Position numbers and translations under genes: made by a program. The notes under the pieces are model-generated. The model searched no databases. It was not told the origin of the DNA and worked only from the letters and a program-made list of their open reading frames with translations. DNA of 64,000 nt from an uncultured Gemmatimonadales bacterium (lineage in GTDB: Bacteria > Gemmatimonadota > Gemmatimonadetes > Gemmatimonadales > GWC2-71-9). This document shows, piece by piece, positions 54,039 to 64,000 of the stretch. Numbering within the stretch: the first letter of the stretch is position 1; the number at the start of each line of letters is the position of its first letter. The stretch spans positions 86,092 through 150,091 of the forward strand of contig CAWCVB010000010.1 in assembly GCA_963798915.1 (NCBI GenBank), given 5' to 3'.

Positions 54039-55511
54039 TCAGCTCCCTCCCAGTGCTCTTGCCACCGCGTCACGCACGGTCGGATCGGCGTCGTCGCTCA
54101 GGGTCCGGAGTGCGGTCCGGGCGGCTGCACTACCCACCTGCGCCAGGGATTCTACGGCGGCCAGACGGGTGGCCAGTGGCTTCCGCCTGAAGATCTTGCC
54201 TCCCGGTTCGGCCGCCTTGGCCAACGCCTTCACTGCCTCACCCGACTTCATCCGTCCCAGCGCCAGGAGCAGCTCACGCACCAGTTCGGGTTTCGACTCG
54301 GTCTCGAGCGCGAGGACGACCGACATCGCGAGCCAGCGCAGGCGGTCATCCAGATTCTGCGCAACTGCCAGGCGCACCGCTGGCGAGGGGTCGCGCATGA
54401 GCGCGCGCAACGCCTCGGCCGATCCCGGCGCAGCGATCCGGGCGAGGGCCGCCGCAACCGACTTCCGCACCCGTTCATCGCCATGCTTGACGTGACGCCC
54501 CAATCGGGAGACAGCGGCCTCGATCCTGAGCTCGCCGCAGAGGTCGGCGACATTGCGGACGACGAACCACTCATCATGCGTCAGCATGTTGACCAGCAGG
54601 TCGGTGCCCTCGGTCATCTGGCGGAGCGAAGCATAATACGCCCGTCTGTCCTCCATCCGGTCGGCACTGGCGAGCAAACCCAGCAACGCCTCGGTCGCAT
54701 CGGCACCGACGCGCTGCAGCACTATCTGCGCATCAGCACGTGCCTCGGGCGTCGCCACCATGCGGGCAAGTTGCTCCACCACTGATCGCGGCATCATCCG
54801 GCGGATCGCAATGCCGTAGCTCCGGGCGTTCGCTGAGCTGCGTGCCCGCGCCTCAGCTCGCACCACCGCGGCCATTGCCCCGAGCGCCGCAGTCCACTCC
54901 TCCTGCGCCACCAGGTCGTCCAAGGTTCGCACCACCTCGTTGAGGTGTTCCGGCACATCTTCGGCGGCCGGGTCTCGGTCGATGGCCTGAAGATGATCGG
55001 GCAGGGACTCGAGCCGGAGGGCCACCGAAGGACGCGCGACTTCCGCCGCCTGGTCCATGACCGCGTGGGCCACATCACCGTAGGCATTCCAGTCGCCGCC
55101 TTGCGCCGGGCCCTCGGGCGCAGGTGGCGAGAGCACCAGGATTTCCCGGACCGACGCATCGAAAGACATCGCCATCTCATGCAGCGACCGGTACCGGCCG
55201 GGCGGTTCCGCGAGGGCCCTCAGAACATCGAGCATCTGGCCCGGCCGGACCGTCGATGCAAAGCGCAGCTCGCCCACGCCACGATCCAGGAGGTGGGTAC
55301 GGAGGCCCCCCACCAACGGCTGGGTATCGGCGAGTGGCACACCCCTCACACGAAGGGCATCGTCTCCGGCCCGCAGGTCGAGCCCTCGGCCACCAAGGGC
55401 GGCGAAGAGGAGCTTGTACCGCGCAGCCAATTCCTCCTTCGCGTCCGGGCGGTCGCGGAGGAGAAAGATCATGGAGGCCAGTTCGAAGGCAATCTGGGCG
55501 GGCGTGGTCAT
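54039..55511 (-). CDS. HEAT-repeat protein
   Basis: WFVVRNVADLCG, DERVRKSVAAAL, DPSPAVRLAVA, DPTVRDAVARAL. Confidence 0.82.
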   Translation of the reverse strand: MTTPAQIAFELASMIFLLRDRPDAKEELAARYKLLFAALGGRGLDLRAGDDALRVRGVPLADTQPLVGGLRTHLLDRGVGELRFASTVRPGQMLDVLRALAEPPGRYRSLHEMAMSFDASVREILVLSPPAPEGPAQGGDWNAYGDVAHAVMDQAAEVARPSVALRLESLPDHLQAIDRDPAAEDVPEHLNEVVRTLDDLVAQEEWTAALGAMAAVVRAEARARSSANARSYGIAIRRMMPRSVVEQLARMVATPEARADAQIVLQRVGADATEALLGLLASADRMEDRRAYYASLRQMTEGTDLLVNMLTHDEWFVVRNVADLCGELRIEAAVSRLGRHVKHGDERVRKSVAAALARIAAPGSAEALRALMRDPSPAVRLAVAQNLDDRLRWLAMSVVLALETESKPELVRELLLALGRMKSGEAVKALAKAAEPGGKIFRRKPLATRLAAVESLAQVGSAAARTALRTLSDDADPTVRDAVARALGGS

Positions 55512-55526
55512 GTCAGCTTCCAAAGA

Positions 55527-56342
55527 TTACGCATCCTCCCGTCTACGGCAACGCGAGGCGACAAACCCGACGGCGCCCTGAAAGCGCCACTCGCTGCTGG
55601 GAGCGCCCAGCGCAGCGGCAATTTGGGCCCAGGCAGGCAGGTCGGGCGCGCCACCGGTGCCAAGCAGCCCGGCCGGTTCGCCCTCCTGCGCTACGCGCCC
55701 CTGGGTCAGCATGAGGGCACGATCAGCCACCTCGAGAATGAATTCGCCATCGTGGGAGACCACCAATGCGGCGCCACCTGCAGCACGGTGCGCGGCGACC
55801 GCTTGCCGCACCAGGGCGCGTGAGTGCCGGTCCAGTCCTGCCGTCGGCTCATCCAGCAGCAATATGCGTGGCCTCAGCGCCAGCGCTCCAGCCAGCGCCA
55901 CCAGCCGGCGACGCGGCGCCGGGAGATCATAAGGATGCACCGCCGCGACATCCGCCAGCTCCAGCAGCGTCAGCACCTCCTGGACCACGCCCGGCCCATT
56001 GCCGAGCCCCAGCTGCCGCGGTCCGAAGGCCACATCGTCCTCGACCGTGCTGGCAAAGAGCTGGTGCTCAGGCCGCTGAAAGAGAAAGGCCGCGTCCCCG
56101 GCGAGGTCCTCCGGCATCCTTCCACGGGTGGAACGCCCCAGCATCCGGACCTCGCCTGTCGCCGGATGCAGCAACGCCATCGCCAGGCGAAGTGCGGTCG
56201 ACTTTCCTGCCCCGTTCGGCCCCAGCAGCGCCGCCACTTCGCCGGCCTGCACCGCGAGGCTGACGTCACTCAGCGCATTCACCTCCCGGCCCGGGTAAGC
56301 AAACGTCACCTGATCCAATTCGAGCAGGGCGGTCACCGCCAA
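55527..56342 (-). CDS. ECF transporter ATPase (A')
   Basis: GPNGAGKST, FQRPEHQLF, HPYDL, LDEPTAGLD. Confidence 0.85.
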   Translation of the reverse strand: MAVTALLELDQVTFAYPGREVNALSDVSLAVQAGEVAALLGPNGAGKSTALRLAMALLHPATGEVRMLGRSTRGRMPEDLAGDAAFLFQRPEHQLFASTVEDDVAFGPRQLGLGNGPGVVQEVLTLLELADVAAVHPYDLPAPRRRLVALAGALALRPRILLLDEPTAGLDRHSRALVRQAVAAHRAAGGAALVVSHDGEFILEVADRALMLTQGRVAQEGEPAGLLGTGGAPDLPAWAQIAAALGAPSSEWRFQGAVGFVASRCRRREDA

Positions 56343-57190
56343 CGCTCCACTGCGGCAGCAATGGTGGTCGGGTAAGTCTTGCTGCTGAACGAGGGATCTC
56401 GCCGGGCCAGCGCCTGTGCCATGGCCGCTGCAGCGGTGCTCCCTGCCCCGGTATCCGACAGCGTGGGATCTGCCAACAGTTCAACCGGCGTGCCGTCCCG
56501 CGCAATGTGCCCGTGCTGCATCACCACGAGCCGGGTAGCCCAACCGGCCAGCCAATCGGCATCCTCACTTGCCACCATCACCAGCGCACCGCGGCCCGCT
56601 TCGGCAATCAGCAGCTGGGCCAGCGATTCCTTCCCGCGCGCATCGAGTGCGCTGCCCGGCTCGTCCAGCAACCACGCGTCAGGAGACAAGGCGAGCATCG
56701 ACGCGATCACCACCCGCTGCTGCTCCCCACCGGATAGGGACGCGGGTCCGCGCGAGGCCAGGTGCGAAATCCCCACTCGCTCGAGCGCGCTCCGAACTGC
56801 GTCCTGGATGCGGTCGCGAGACCAGCCGAGATTGGCCGGCGCGAACGCGACTTCCTCGAACACCGTCTCGGCGATGCCTGAGAGCTGACTGCCGGGGTCA
56901 GCAGAGACGAACGCCACGCGGCCAAGAAGCCCGGCGCGCCCCTGCGGCGTGCCCGGATCCAGATCGAGCAGACGGCAGGATCCGCTCACCACTCCGCCGG
57001 TGTAGGTCGGCGCGAGCCCCGCGGCAACGAGCAGCAGCGTGCTCGTTCCCGCGCCCGGGGCACCGGTGAGCCAAGCCACAGCGCCATCATTGATTGCCAT
57101 CGTGATGTCACGCAGGGCTGGCTCGTCATGGTCCCCGTAGCGAAAGCCCAGCACGCTTGCCTGGAAACCGCTCACTGGCAAACTCGCCAC
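56333..57190 (-). CDS. ECF transporter ATPase (A) with degenerate Walker A
   Basis: GAPGAGTST, LSGGEQQR, LLDEP. Confidence 0.8.
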   Translation of the reverse strand: MASLPVSGFQASVLGFRYGDHDEPALRDITMAINDGAVAWLTGAPGAGTSTLLLVAAGLAPTYTGGVVSGSCRLLDLDPGTPQGRAGLLGRVAFVSADPGSQLSGIAETVFEEVAFAPANLGWSRDRIQDAVRSALERVGISHLASRGPASLSGGEQQRVVIASMLALSPDAWLLDEPGSALDARGKESLAQLLIAEAGRGALVMVASEDADWLAGWATRLVVMQHGHIARDGTPVELLADPTLSDTGAGSTAAAAMAQALARRDPSFSSKTYPTTIAAAVERWR

Positions 57191-57849
57191 ACGATGGCCG
57201 CAGCCAGGGCAGCGACCGCCACGCCGACCATGAGCCAGTCGAAGCGGCTCGCTCTCACCTCCGTGAGGGGCGTGCGATGGGCCGAGCCGGCAGCACGTGT
57301 ATCAAGCGCCATGGCCCGCGCGTCCACCTCGCCCAGGGTATGCAGGATAAGTGGCAGCGTCACCGGGACCAGTGCACCTAGCCGACCGAGCGGGCGCCCA
57401 CGGACGCGGAGCCCACGCGATCGTTGCGCTTCCAGGATCCTGGTGACCCTGCTGCGCAGCCTCGGCGCCGCCTGCAGGGTGGCCAGCACCAGCAGGGCCG
57501 CGCTCGACGACCAGCCGCGCGCCGCTGCAGCATCCAGAAAGCGCGAAGGGAGAAAGCCACGATATGCCAGCAACGATGCCAGGATGATGCCGGTGAGCCG
57601 AGCGCCTTGGGCCGAGGCGGCGAACCAGCCTTCGCCGCCACTCAGGACCCCATGCAGGAGGAGCAGGAAGATCCACAGCGGCAAGCTGAGCAGGACGGCA
57701 GCGCCTATGGTGCGGAACGCGCCCACGGCCAGCGCAACCAGCACCACCGCCACCAGCAGGGCCGCGGGCCCGATCGGTGCCGGCAGGATGAAGGCCAGCA
57801 GCGCGACCACGAACACCAGGCCGAACGGGGTGAATGGATGCAGACGCAT
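57172..57849 (-). CDS. ECF transporter T component
   Basis: EAQRSRG and ALDTRA coupling motifs. Confidence 0.82.
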   Translation of the reverse strand: MRLHPFTPFGLVFVVALLAFILPAPIGPAALLVAVVLVALAVGAFRTIGAAVLLSLPLWIFLLLLHGVLSGGEGWFAASAQGARLTGIILASLLAYRGFLPSRFLDAAAARGWSSSAALLVLATLQAAPRLRSRVTRILEAQRSRGLRVRGRPLGRLGALVPVTLPLILHTLGEVDARAMALDTRAAGSAHRTPLTEVRASRFDWLMVGVAVAALAAAIVWRVCQ

Positions 57850-57852
57850 GCC

Positions 57853-58428
57853 CTAGCGCCTGGTAGCGCGAGCGCCGAGCGCATAGCGAGCCATGATGCG
57901 GGAAGGCAGTCCCCGCAGCGCCATGCCGACGAGCAGGAACACGAGCAGCTTGTCGACCAGGTCGGTTCCGACACTCGCCGTCGTGACCGCACCCTGGCGC
58001 GAGAAGCCGAGGCCGGTGAGTGCCGTGGTCACCGCGGTGACGCCCGTTGCCGTGACGCCCTTGAAGACGACGTACGAGATAACGGAGGAGGCGAGTCCCG
58101 CCAGCAGGCCTGTCAGGAGGCCCCAGGCGGCCGAACGGGGTGCGCTGCGGAAACCACCATGCGTCGCGGCCACTGCCGCCAGCAGCGCGATCAGCAGCTG
58201 GATCAATCCGAAAGGCAGCCATACCAGCCCTTCATACAGCGAGCGCACCAGCTGGCTCAGCCCACCAGCCAGCATCCCCGCAGCCGGCCCGGCGAGCGCC
58301 GCCACCAGAACGGTGCCGGTCGAATCCAGATAGACCGGCAGCCCGAGCTGATTGACGATGAAGCCCATGGCCAGGTTCAAGGCCACCGCGGAGGGGATCA
58401 GCGCCAGCAGTCTTGGATTCACAGGCAT
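57853..58428 (-). CDS. ECF transporter S component (substrate unknown)
   Basis: IP.AVALN...LPVYLDSTGTVLVAALAGP...DLVDK. Confidence 0.82.
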   Translation of the reverse strand: MPVNPRLLALIPSAVALNLAMGFIVNQLGLPVYLDSTGTVLVAALAGPAAGMLAGGLSQLVRSLYEGLVWLPFGLIQLLIALLAAVAATHGGFRSAPRSAAWGLLTGLLAGLASSVISYVVFKGVTATGVTAVTTALTGLGFSRQGAVTTASVGTDLVDKLLVFLLVGMALRGLPSRIMARYALGARATRR

Positions 58429-58540
58429 GGCCCGGCGAAGGTGGACCTGTCTATATTCCGGCGATCGGGACGTCTGAAGTTTCTGTCCCGCGTCTCACTC
58501 CTGCAACCCTTGCCAGCTTTCCGTCCCGGATCTCTCTCTG

Positions 58541-59821
58541 ATGCTAACGCGTAGTGTTGTGTTGACCGGTCTCGCGCTGCTCACGGCGGCAGTCGCCCCA
58601 CTTTCGGCCCAGCGGACAGTCGTGGTGCCCGCCGGTCTGAAGGAGGATATCCGCTACCTCGCGTCCGACGAACTTGGCGGTCGGCTCACCGGCACGGCGG
58701 GCGCGGACAGCGCCGCCGAATATCTGGCCCGGCGATTCGCGGCGGTCGGCCTGCAGCCGGCCCGGGGTGGCTGGTTTCAGAACTTTGACGTCCTCGCCAC
58801 GGCACCGGGGGCGGCGTCGACCGATCCGGACCAGCGCCATGCACGCAACGTCATCGGTATCCTGCCGGGACGGGACCCGGAGCTCCGCCGCGAAGCGGTG
58901 ATTGTCGGCGCGCACTATGATCATCTGGGCGGCGGCGAATTCGGCAGCCTCGATCCCGACAGCACGGGCAGCGTGCACAACGGCGCGGACGATAATGCCT
59001 CCGGCGCGGCGGCGCTGGTGTACATCGCCCACGAGCTCGCCGCGGCGCCGCCGGCGCGCACCGTCATCTTCATCGCGTTCTCCGGCGAGGAGCTCGGCCT
59101 GCTCGGCTCGAGCTACTACGTCAAGCATGCGATCTATCCGCTGGATCGCACGACGGCGATGATCAACCTGGACATGGTGGGTCGCATGAGGAATCAGCGG
59201 CTCATCGTCTATGGCGCCGCGACGGCCACCCAGTTCCCGGCCCTGCTCGATTCACTCAACTGGTATCAGGGCTTCGACCTGCGCAAGCAGGGCGACGGCT
59301 ACGGCCCCAGCGACCAGTCTTCCTTCTACGCCGCGCACCTTCCGGTGCTGCACGTGTTTACGGACCTGCATGAAGACTATCACCGCAGCACCGACGACTG
59401 GGAAAAGCTGAACTTCGAGGGGCTGGCACGGGTGATCGACTTCACTGCCGGCATCGCCTCCGCACTGGGCAACCGCCGCGCGCCCCTGACCTTCGTGAAT
59501 GTGCCCGTCACGGCGCATGCCACCCAGCCGGGCGACTCCGTCGTCACCAGCGGCTATGGCGCCTATCTCGGGACCATTCCTGACATGAGCGGCACTCCAG
59601 GCGGGGTCCTCCTCAGCGGCGTCCGGGCCGGCAGCCCGGCGGATAAGGCAGGATTGCGGGCAGGGGATATCATCACGCGAATCGGGCCGCACCTGGTCCC
59701 CGATCTCCAGGGCATGACCGATGCACTCCGGAGTTACCGGGCGGGCGACGACGCGGACATTCTCGTGCTCCGCAGCGACAGCAGCGTCACGCTCCACGCC
59801 ACCTTCGGCACCAGGAACTGA
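58541..59821 (+). CDS. M28-family peptidase with C-terminal PDZ domain
   Basis: GAHYDHLG, GADDNASG, GEELGLLGS, NLDMVG, YH; YLGTIPD...GSPADKAGL. Confidence 0.92.
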   Translation: MLTRSVVLTGLALLTAAVAPLSAQRTVVVPAGLKEDIRYLASDELGGRLTGTAGADSAAEYLARRFAAVGLQPARGGWFQNFDVLATAPGAASTDPDQRHARNVIGILPGRDPELRREAVIVGAHYDHLGGGEFGSLDPDSTGSVHNGADDNASGAAALVYIAHELAAAPPARTVIFIAFSGEELGLLGSSYYVKHAIYPLDRTTAMINLDMVGRMRNQRLIVYGAATATQFPALLDSLNWYQGFDLRKQGDGYGPSDQSSFYAAHLPVLHVFTDLHEDYHRSTDDWEKLNFEGLARVIDFTAGIASALGNRRAPLTFVNVPVTAHATQPGDSVVTSGYGAYLGTIPDMSGTPGGVLLSGVRAGSPADKAGLRAGDIITRIGPHLVPDLQGMTDALRSYRAGDDADILVLRSDSSVTLHATFGTRN

Positions 59822-59824
59822 CCC

Positions 59825-60280
59825 ATGGCCATCCTGAAAGGTGACCGCATCGTTGCGGCGCTTCGGGGTGCCTTCGCGCGCGACATGCTTGGCGCCGACC
59901 TGCTCAAGTTCGCCGCCGAGAAGATCCGCGCCGCGGGGGCACCCTATACCTCGGTCTACATGTACATGGTGCACGACGATGAGCTGGTGCTCGAGGCGTT
60001 CGATGGCCGGGAGACCGACCACACCCGCATCGCCATCGGCAATGGTGTGTGCGGAACCGCAGTCGCGACCGGCGAGGACCAGAACGTGGGCGATGTCCGA
60101 GCCATCGAGAACTACATCGCGTGCAACCTCTGGACCCGGAGCGAGCTGGTGGTGCTGATCCGGCGGGGCGAGCGCATCCTGGGCCAGATCGACATCGACA
60201 GCGACGTGCCCGATCCTTTCACGGCCGAGGAAGAAGCGGAAGTCCGCAAGGTGGCGGACGCGCTCGCGGTTCTGCTCTGA
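59825..60280 (+). CDS. GAF-domain protein (free Met-R-sulfoxide reductase-like)
   Basis: RIAIGNGVCGTA, IAC...RSELVV, IDIDS. Confidence 0.78.
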   Translation: MAILKGDRIVAALRGAFARDMLGADLLKFAAEKIRAAGAPYTSVYMYMVHDDELVLEAFDGRETDHTRIAIGNGVCGTAVATGEDQNVGDVRAIENYIACNLWTRSELVVLIRRGERILGQIDIDSDVPDPFTAEEEAEVRKVADALAVLL

Positions 60281-60690
60281 ATGGAAGTGACGTTCACCCG
60301 ATCGGTGCGCGGAGTCGAGCTCTTCGAGCGGAGGGCCGGCACCGGCCCCGCCGTGGTGGTGCTCCATGGAGGGCCGGGCGCGGACCACGGCTATCTCCTC
60401 CCCGGCTTCGACCTGCTCGCTTCGGGCCGCACCCTCATCTACTACGACCAGCGTGGTGGCGGCCGTTCGCCAGTTGAACGCGACGTGCCGGTGGGTTGGC
60501 AGGAACAGGTCGCCGATCTCGAGGCGCTTCGACAGCTCTGGCAGCTCGAGACGCTCGCCATCGCCGGGTACTCGTGGGGCGGGCTCCTGGCCATGCTCTA
60601 CGCGGTGCATCATCCGGAACACGTGAACCGTCTGGCTCTCGTGTCGCCGGCACCGAGCTGGCGCGGCGCCCGCGAAGAATTCGAAGCGGG
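60281..60690 (+). pseudogene. Alpha/beta hydrolase (proline iminopeptidase-like), truncated at the junction
   Basis: LHGGPG, YDQRGGGRS, GYSWGG present; catalytic Asp/His half missing. Confidence 0.8.
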
Positions 60691-61412
60691 AGATGCCCCT
60701 GAAAATCGGCAGCTGAAACATTGAGGATATAATTCTTTCTATCGTTCGGAAAGTTCGTGTAGTTGGAGAGGGAACCGCTGAATCCGCATCCTGTCAAAGC
60801 CGGCACACAGGGTGGTTCATCGAGATTGGACTGATTGGCCCAGGAAACGGCATCCTGAGGTGCCCCATTATTGTCATAAAAAGCAAACCAACCGCCGGCA
60901 TTGGGAAACCATAGGCGCGAGCCGCCACCGAGGCATACACCGGTGCCATCCACTACGAGTTCCACGACATTTCCCCCGTTTTGAACGAGTCGATTTGCAG
61001 GAACGGCTGGTGCATTCAGCCCACGGATAAGCGCAAAGCCTGCCGGAGGAACAACGGTACCGGGAGGAATGGCATACCCACCGGGATAAGTCCCTCCGTC
61101 GTTGGTATTATTACCGAGATAAAAGCAGGAAATATCTATGGGTTCGCAGATATTCGGGTTGTAGAGCTCTATCCATTCTCCCCGCTGGCCGGTATTACTC
61201 CCCCAGAGCGAACCGTCATTGGAATTGGGCGACATCATCAACTCGTTGATGAGTATGCTGGGCCCGTTATAATCGCATGGAGATCCCGAGCAATTTGTAT
61301 TTTCTGTTGTAGTTAGAGTAGCATCGAGCTGTCCGTATAAAAGTCGGGGAAGAATTCCGAAAAGCACCAATATTACCACCCTGAAATAATGAAAAGTATA
61401 GCATTTCTCCAT
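60690..61412 (-). pseudogene. N-terminal part of a secreted lamin-tail-domain protein (Bacteroidota-like), truncated at the junction
   Basis: Signal peptide, ILINELM, GEWIELYNPN, DISCFYL; reading degenerates after ...AADFQG. Confidence 0.7.
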
Positions 61413-62158
61413 ATTTCAATGATTAATCCTCATAGTTTCATACGTTCTTTCGCGTAGTAAGTTTCGCAGTATCCCTTTGGGCGAAATGTGTGAATCAGGC
61501 TTTACTCTAAGGTTCAGAGACTTGTTTTGTGAAATTTAATCTTTGAGGAGTTTAGGGAAAGAGGTAGTTTCTAATTAGAACAAATCGTTCAAATGATTTT
61601 GTTAGTGCCAGTAGATTTCATCGGCCTTTATGTTCAATACTGACGAAGTTCGTTCCTCACTTGTCAGCACAAGTACTGACGATAAATGTCAGCACAAGTA
61701 GGTGAAAGGGTGGTGATTTTTGAATGGAATACATCCAAAATGAGTTTACTTCCGGTAGTGATTTGGGTTTTCTTTAACCGCGAGTTTCGCTGAGGTTTAC
61801 TTGCTTCGCTTCGTTTACGCGGAGGGCGCGGAGGGTTCTGTGGTAGTTTCGTTTGTGGTGGGTCTTTGGTTGGCTACCGTTGTTTTTTGAACCACATAGA
61901 AACAGTAGAAAAATGAGGGGGAAGACCAGAGCGTGAGAAGTACATCCCAATGCCGACTCCTGAAAGGGTTCAGTGGGGGTGCCTACGTTAGACAATTCCC
62001 GCAGGGGCTTCACCATGTTTTGATCCCTTCCCTCCCATTGGATAATAAATAGAAACATTTATATTTGGGAGGCCGGTGTCCGTGATTTAGATAGGTGAAA
62101 TAAACTCTTTTTGGGAGGTCGGAATTTAGATTTCCCAATTGTAAATACACTTTAAAAA

Positions 62159-62815
62159 ATGAAACAGAAATTAGCAGTACTATTCTTAAGTATCATTGTT
62201 ACTACAGGCTTATCTGCTCAGAAAACGACTTTTTTCAAGGATGAGAACCTGTCGAAAGAATCTTCAGAGAAGCAAGCAAAATTTAAAAAAACAGAATTCT
62301 ATAAGGGAGATACACTTCTGATCCAGACTCGCCGGATGTCGGATGAATTGCTACTCGCAGAATCTAAATGGATACAGGACAAGGCGGTGGGTGTTTGGAC
62401 AAAGTATGACTCGAGGGGAAACCTGATCTCAAGCAGAGACTTTAGCATTTTGGTGTATTCGAATGATTCGATTGTCGGAATGTATGATAACAAAACAGAA
62501 AATGAAGATTGTAAAGATTGTGAGGTTGCGTCCTACCCAACCGGAGAGAGTGGAATGTATCAATTTTTAGGAAAAACTATCAGGTACCCCTCAGAAGCTA
62601 TAGACAGGGGAAATTCCGGCGTGGTTTACCTTCGATTTACCATTGACGAGGAAGGAACCGTAAAACCGTATTCGATTGTAAGAGGAGTCGACCCATTTCT
62701 CGACATGGAAGCCTGGCGCATAATTGAAAAAATGCCGAACTGGAATCCTGCAACAAAAAATGGTGAACCAATTGCATCTTATTTTACCTTACCAATCAGG
62801 TTTTCACTCAGGTAA
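62159..62815 (+). CDS. TonB C-terminal domain protein
   Basis: Signal peptide; IRYPSEA...GVVYLRFTIDEEG...LDMEAWRII..MPNWNPA...LPIRF. Confidence 0.85.
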   Translation: MKQKLAVLFLSIIVTTGLSAQKTTFFKDENLSKESSEKQAKFKKTEFYKGDTLLIQTRRMSDELLLAESKWIQDKAVGVWTKYDSRGNLISSRDFSILVYSNDSIVGMYDNKTENEDCKDCEVASYPTGESGMYQFLGKTIRYPSEAIDRGNSGVVYLRFTIDEEGTVKPYSIVRGVDPFLDMEAWRIIEKMPNWNPATKNGEPIASYFTLPIRFSLR

Positions 62816-63021
62816 AAGAGAAAAAAAGCAAGCTGATTTTATACGTTATATGGAATCCTCTAAGTCGCATGGCTGTTGCCCCCTCTCATTAATAAATATC
62901 GAACAATGGTTATGGTGATTGTAGTCAATCTTACCCGGCAATTTACGACGACTTTCTTTCACCGACTCCTGACCGATTCAGTCAGGATGCGCCTCCAGTT
63001 AGTAAGAGAAAGGTACCTCTT

Positions 63022-63306
63022 GTGTACTCATGCGAAAATTGCGCTGGTTTAATAAGCTTTAGCAAAAGCGCTTTTAAAAAACATTGCAATTCTGAATTCA
63101 CCAATTTGAGTCGGGAAATTAACGAGCATTTTGAAAGATTTGCGAGAGTCACAAGGTTAACAGCTCTATCATCCTTAGATTTTTATTGTCCGGACTGTGG
63201 TATACCGACAAAATTCTTATTTCAATGTGGGCCATCAGGTTTTTGGGGGGAATTCTTTTTTGAAATAAAATATGCGCTCGTTTTAAAATCGGAGGAAAAC
63301 AGGTAA
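63022..63306 (+). CDS. Hypothetical protein with two CxxC motifs
   Basis: CENC and CPDC; start uncertain. Confidence 0.45.
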   Translation: MYSCENCAGLISFSKSAFKKHCNSEFTNLSREINEHFERFARVTRLTALSSLDFYCPDCGIPTKFLFQCGPSGFWGEFFFEIKYALVLKSEENR

Positions 63307-63427
63307 TATAAGCCTGCTTAGAATTTTCGGCGGCTTCACGCCCATTGATTAATGAAGGAAAAGTATATTTGAGAATTCGGAAAGGGACTGAACGACCAGA
63401 TCTTACAAAGTTTATAAACCGAGAACA

Positions 63428-63952
63428 ATGCCGAAAATTGAATTACAAACCGAAATAAAAGCGGACAAAGAAATCGTTTTTGACCTCTCGCGGAGTATTG
63501 ATTTGCATAAAATATCCACTGCAAACACAAACGAAGAGGCCATTGCGGGAAAAATGAGCGGATTAATCGGGCTGAATGAAACGGTGACGTGGAGGGCTAA
63601 GCATTTTGGGATCAATCAGGAGTTGACTTCAAAGATCACGGCATTTGATCGGCCCAATTTATTTGTGGATGAAATGGTTTCGGGAGCGTTCAAAAATTTC
63701 AAACACGAACATCGCTTTGCTGACCTCAACGGTGGAACATTAATGACCGACTTTTTTGAATACGAGTCTCCACTGGGTTTTTTAGGAAAAATAGCGGACA
63801 AATTGTTTTTGGAGAAATACATGACGGCCTTGTTGACGGAGCGAAATCGGGTTGTGAAAGAGTATGCTGAATCTGAGAAGTGGACAGGAGTGATTGGTAT
63901 AGAGAGAGAGAAGTTAATTCTTGGTGTTTGGTGGTTTTTAGTTTTTGGATAG
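63428..63952 (+). CDS. SRPBCC-family protein
   Basis: VFDLSRSIDLH, VTWRAKHFG, FVDEMVSGAFKNFKHEHRF. Confidence 0.85.
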   Translation: MPKIELQTEIKADKEIVFDLSRSIDLHKISTANTNEEAIAGKMSGLIGLNETVTWRAKHFGINQELTSKITAFDRPNLFVDEMVSGAFKNFKHEHRFADLNGGTLMTDFFEYESPLGFLGKIADKLFLEKYMTALLTERNRVVKEYAESEKWTGVIGIEREKLILGVWWFLVFG

Positions 63953-64000
63953 AATACATCCAAGGTGTATCGAGAGAAGTGGATTAACATGAAGAAATTC

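Noticed and set aside
58429..58540. Vitamin riboswitch upstream of the ECF S component
   Set aside because: Short divergent spacer with no TPP, FMN, cobalamin or preQ1 consensus recognised
60435..61412. 325-aa ORF (and 60281-60724) as intact genes or a novel fusion
   Set aside because: Both read through the compositional junction into the antisense strand of the other gene; their tails are artefactual
61639..61700. Direct repeat TGTCAGCACAAGTA x2 as a CRISPR or att site
   Set aside because: Only two short copies 25 bp apart; more like a degenerate intergenic REP-type repeat

Overview
Bases 1 to about 60,690 are high-GC DNA (roughly two-thirds G+C by eye) whose gene content suggests Gemmatimonadota; the taxon is my inference. 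Most genes are housekeeping: ccmAB, acs, kup, VKOR/DsbA, msrB, an M16 protease, a TetR-TolC-EmrAB efflux operon, P5C dehydrogenase, modABC, cutA, mgtE, trxC, an acyl-ACP desaturase, yggT/yggU, metH plus a Hcy-methyltransferase/MTHFR fusion, dacB, M42 and M28 peptidases, and an ECF transporter. Five things stand out. (1) An ~8.6 kb island (33,964-42,515) encodes a candidate lanthipeptide-like RiPP system of unusual architecture: a Cys/Thr precursor with apparent leader and follower, a stand-alone HopA1-like lyase, a kinase-LanC (Zn-cyclase) fusion with no OspF lyase, an overlapping membrane Ser/Thr kinase, and a divergent transglutaminase-like Cys-His-Asp protein. The island is bracketed by inverted 11x7-bp arrays. 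(2) A GEMM-I riboswitch with the A20 variant associated with 3',3'-cGAMP binding lies upstream of STAS-receiver-ccmAB. (3) A SAM-II riboswitch lies upstream of metH. (4) A four-helix-bundle (IVS/Avd-like) gene is enclosed by mutually inverted heptamer arrays, and many other short tandem arrays and REP-like palindromes occur in intergenic DNA. (5) At about 60,690 the sequence switches abruptly to low-GC, Bacteroidota-like DNA, and a gene is truncated on each side, most likely a chimeric join. All product calls come from motif recognition; no database searches were run.
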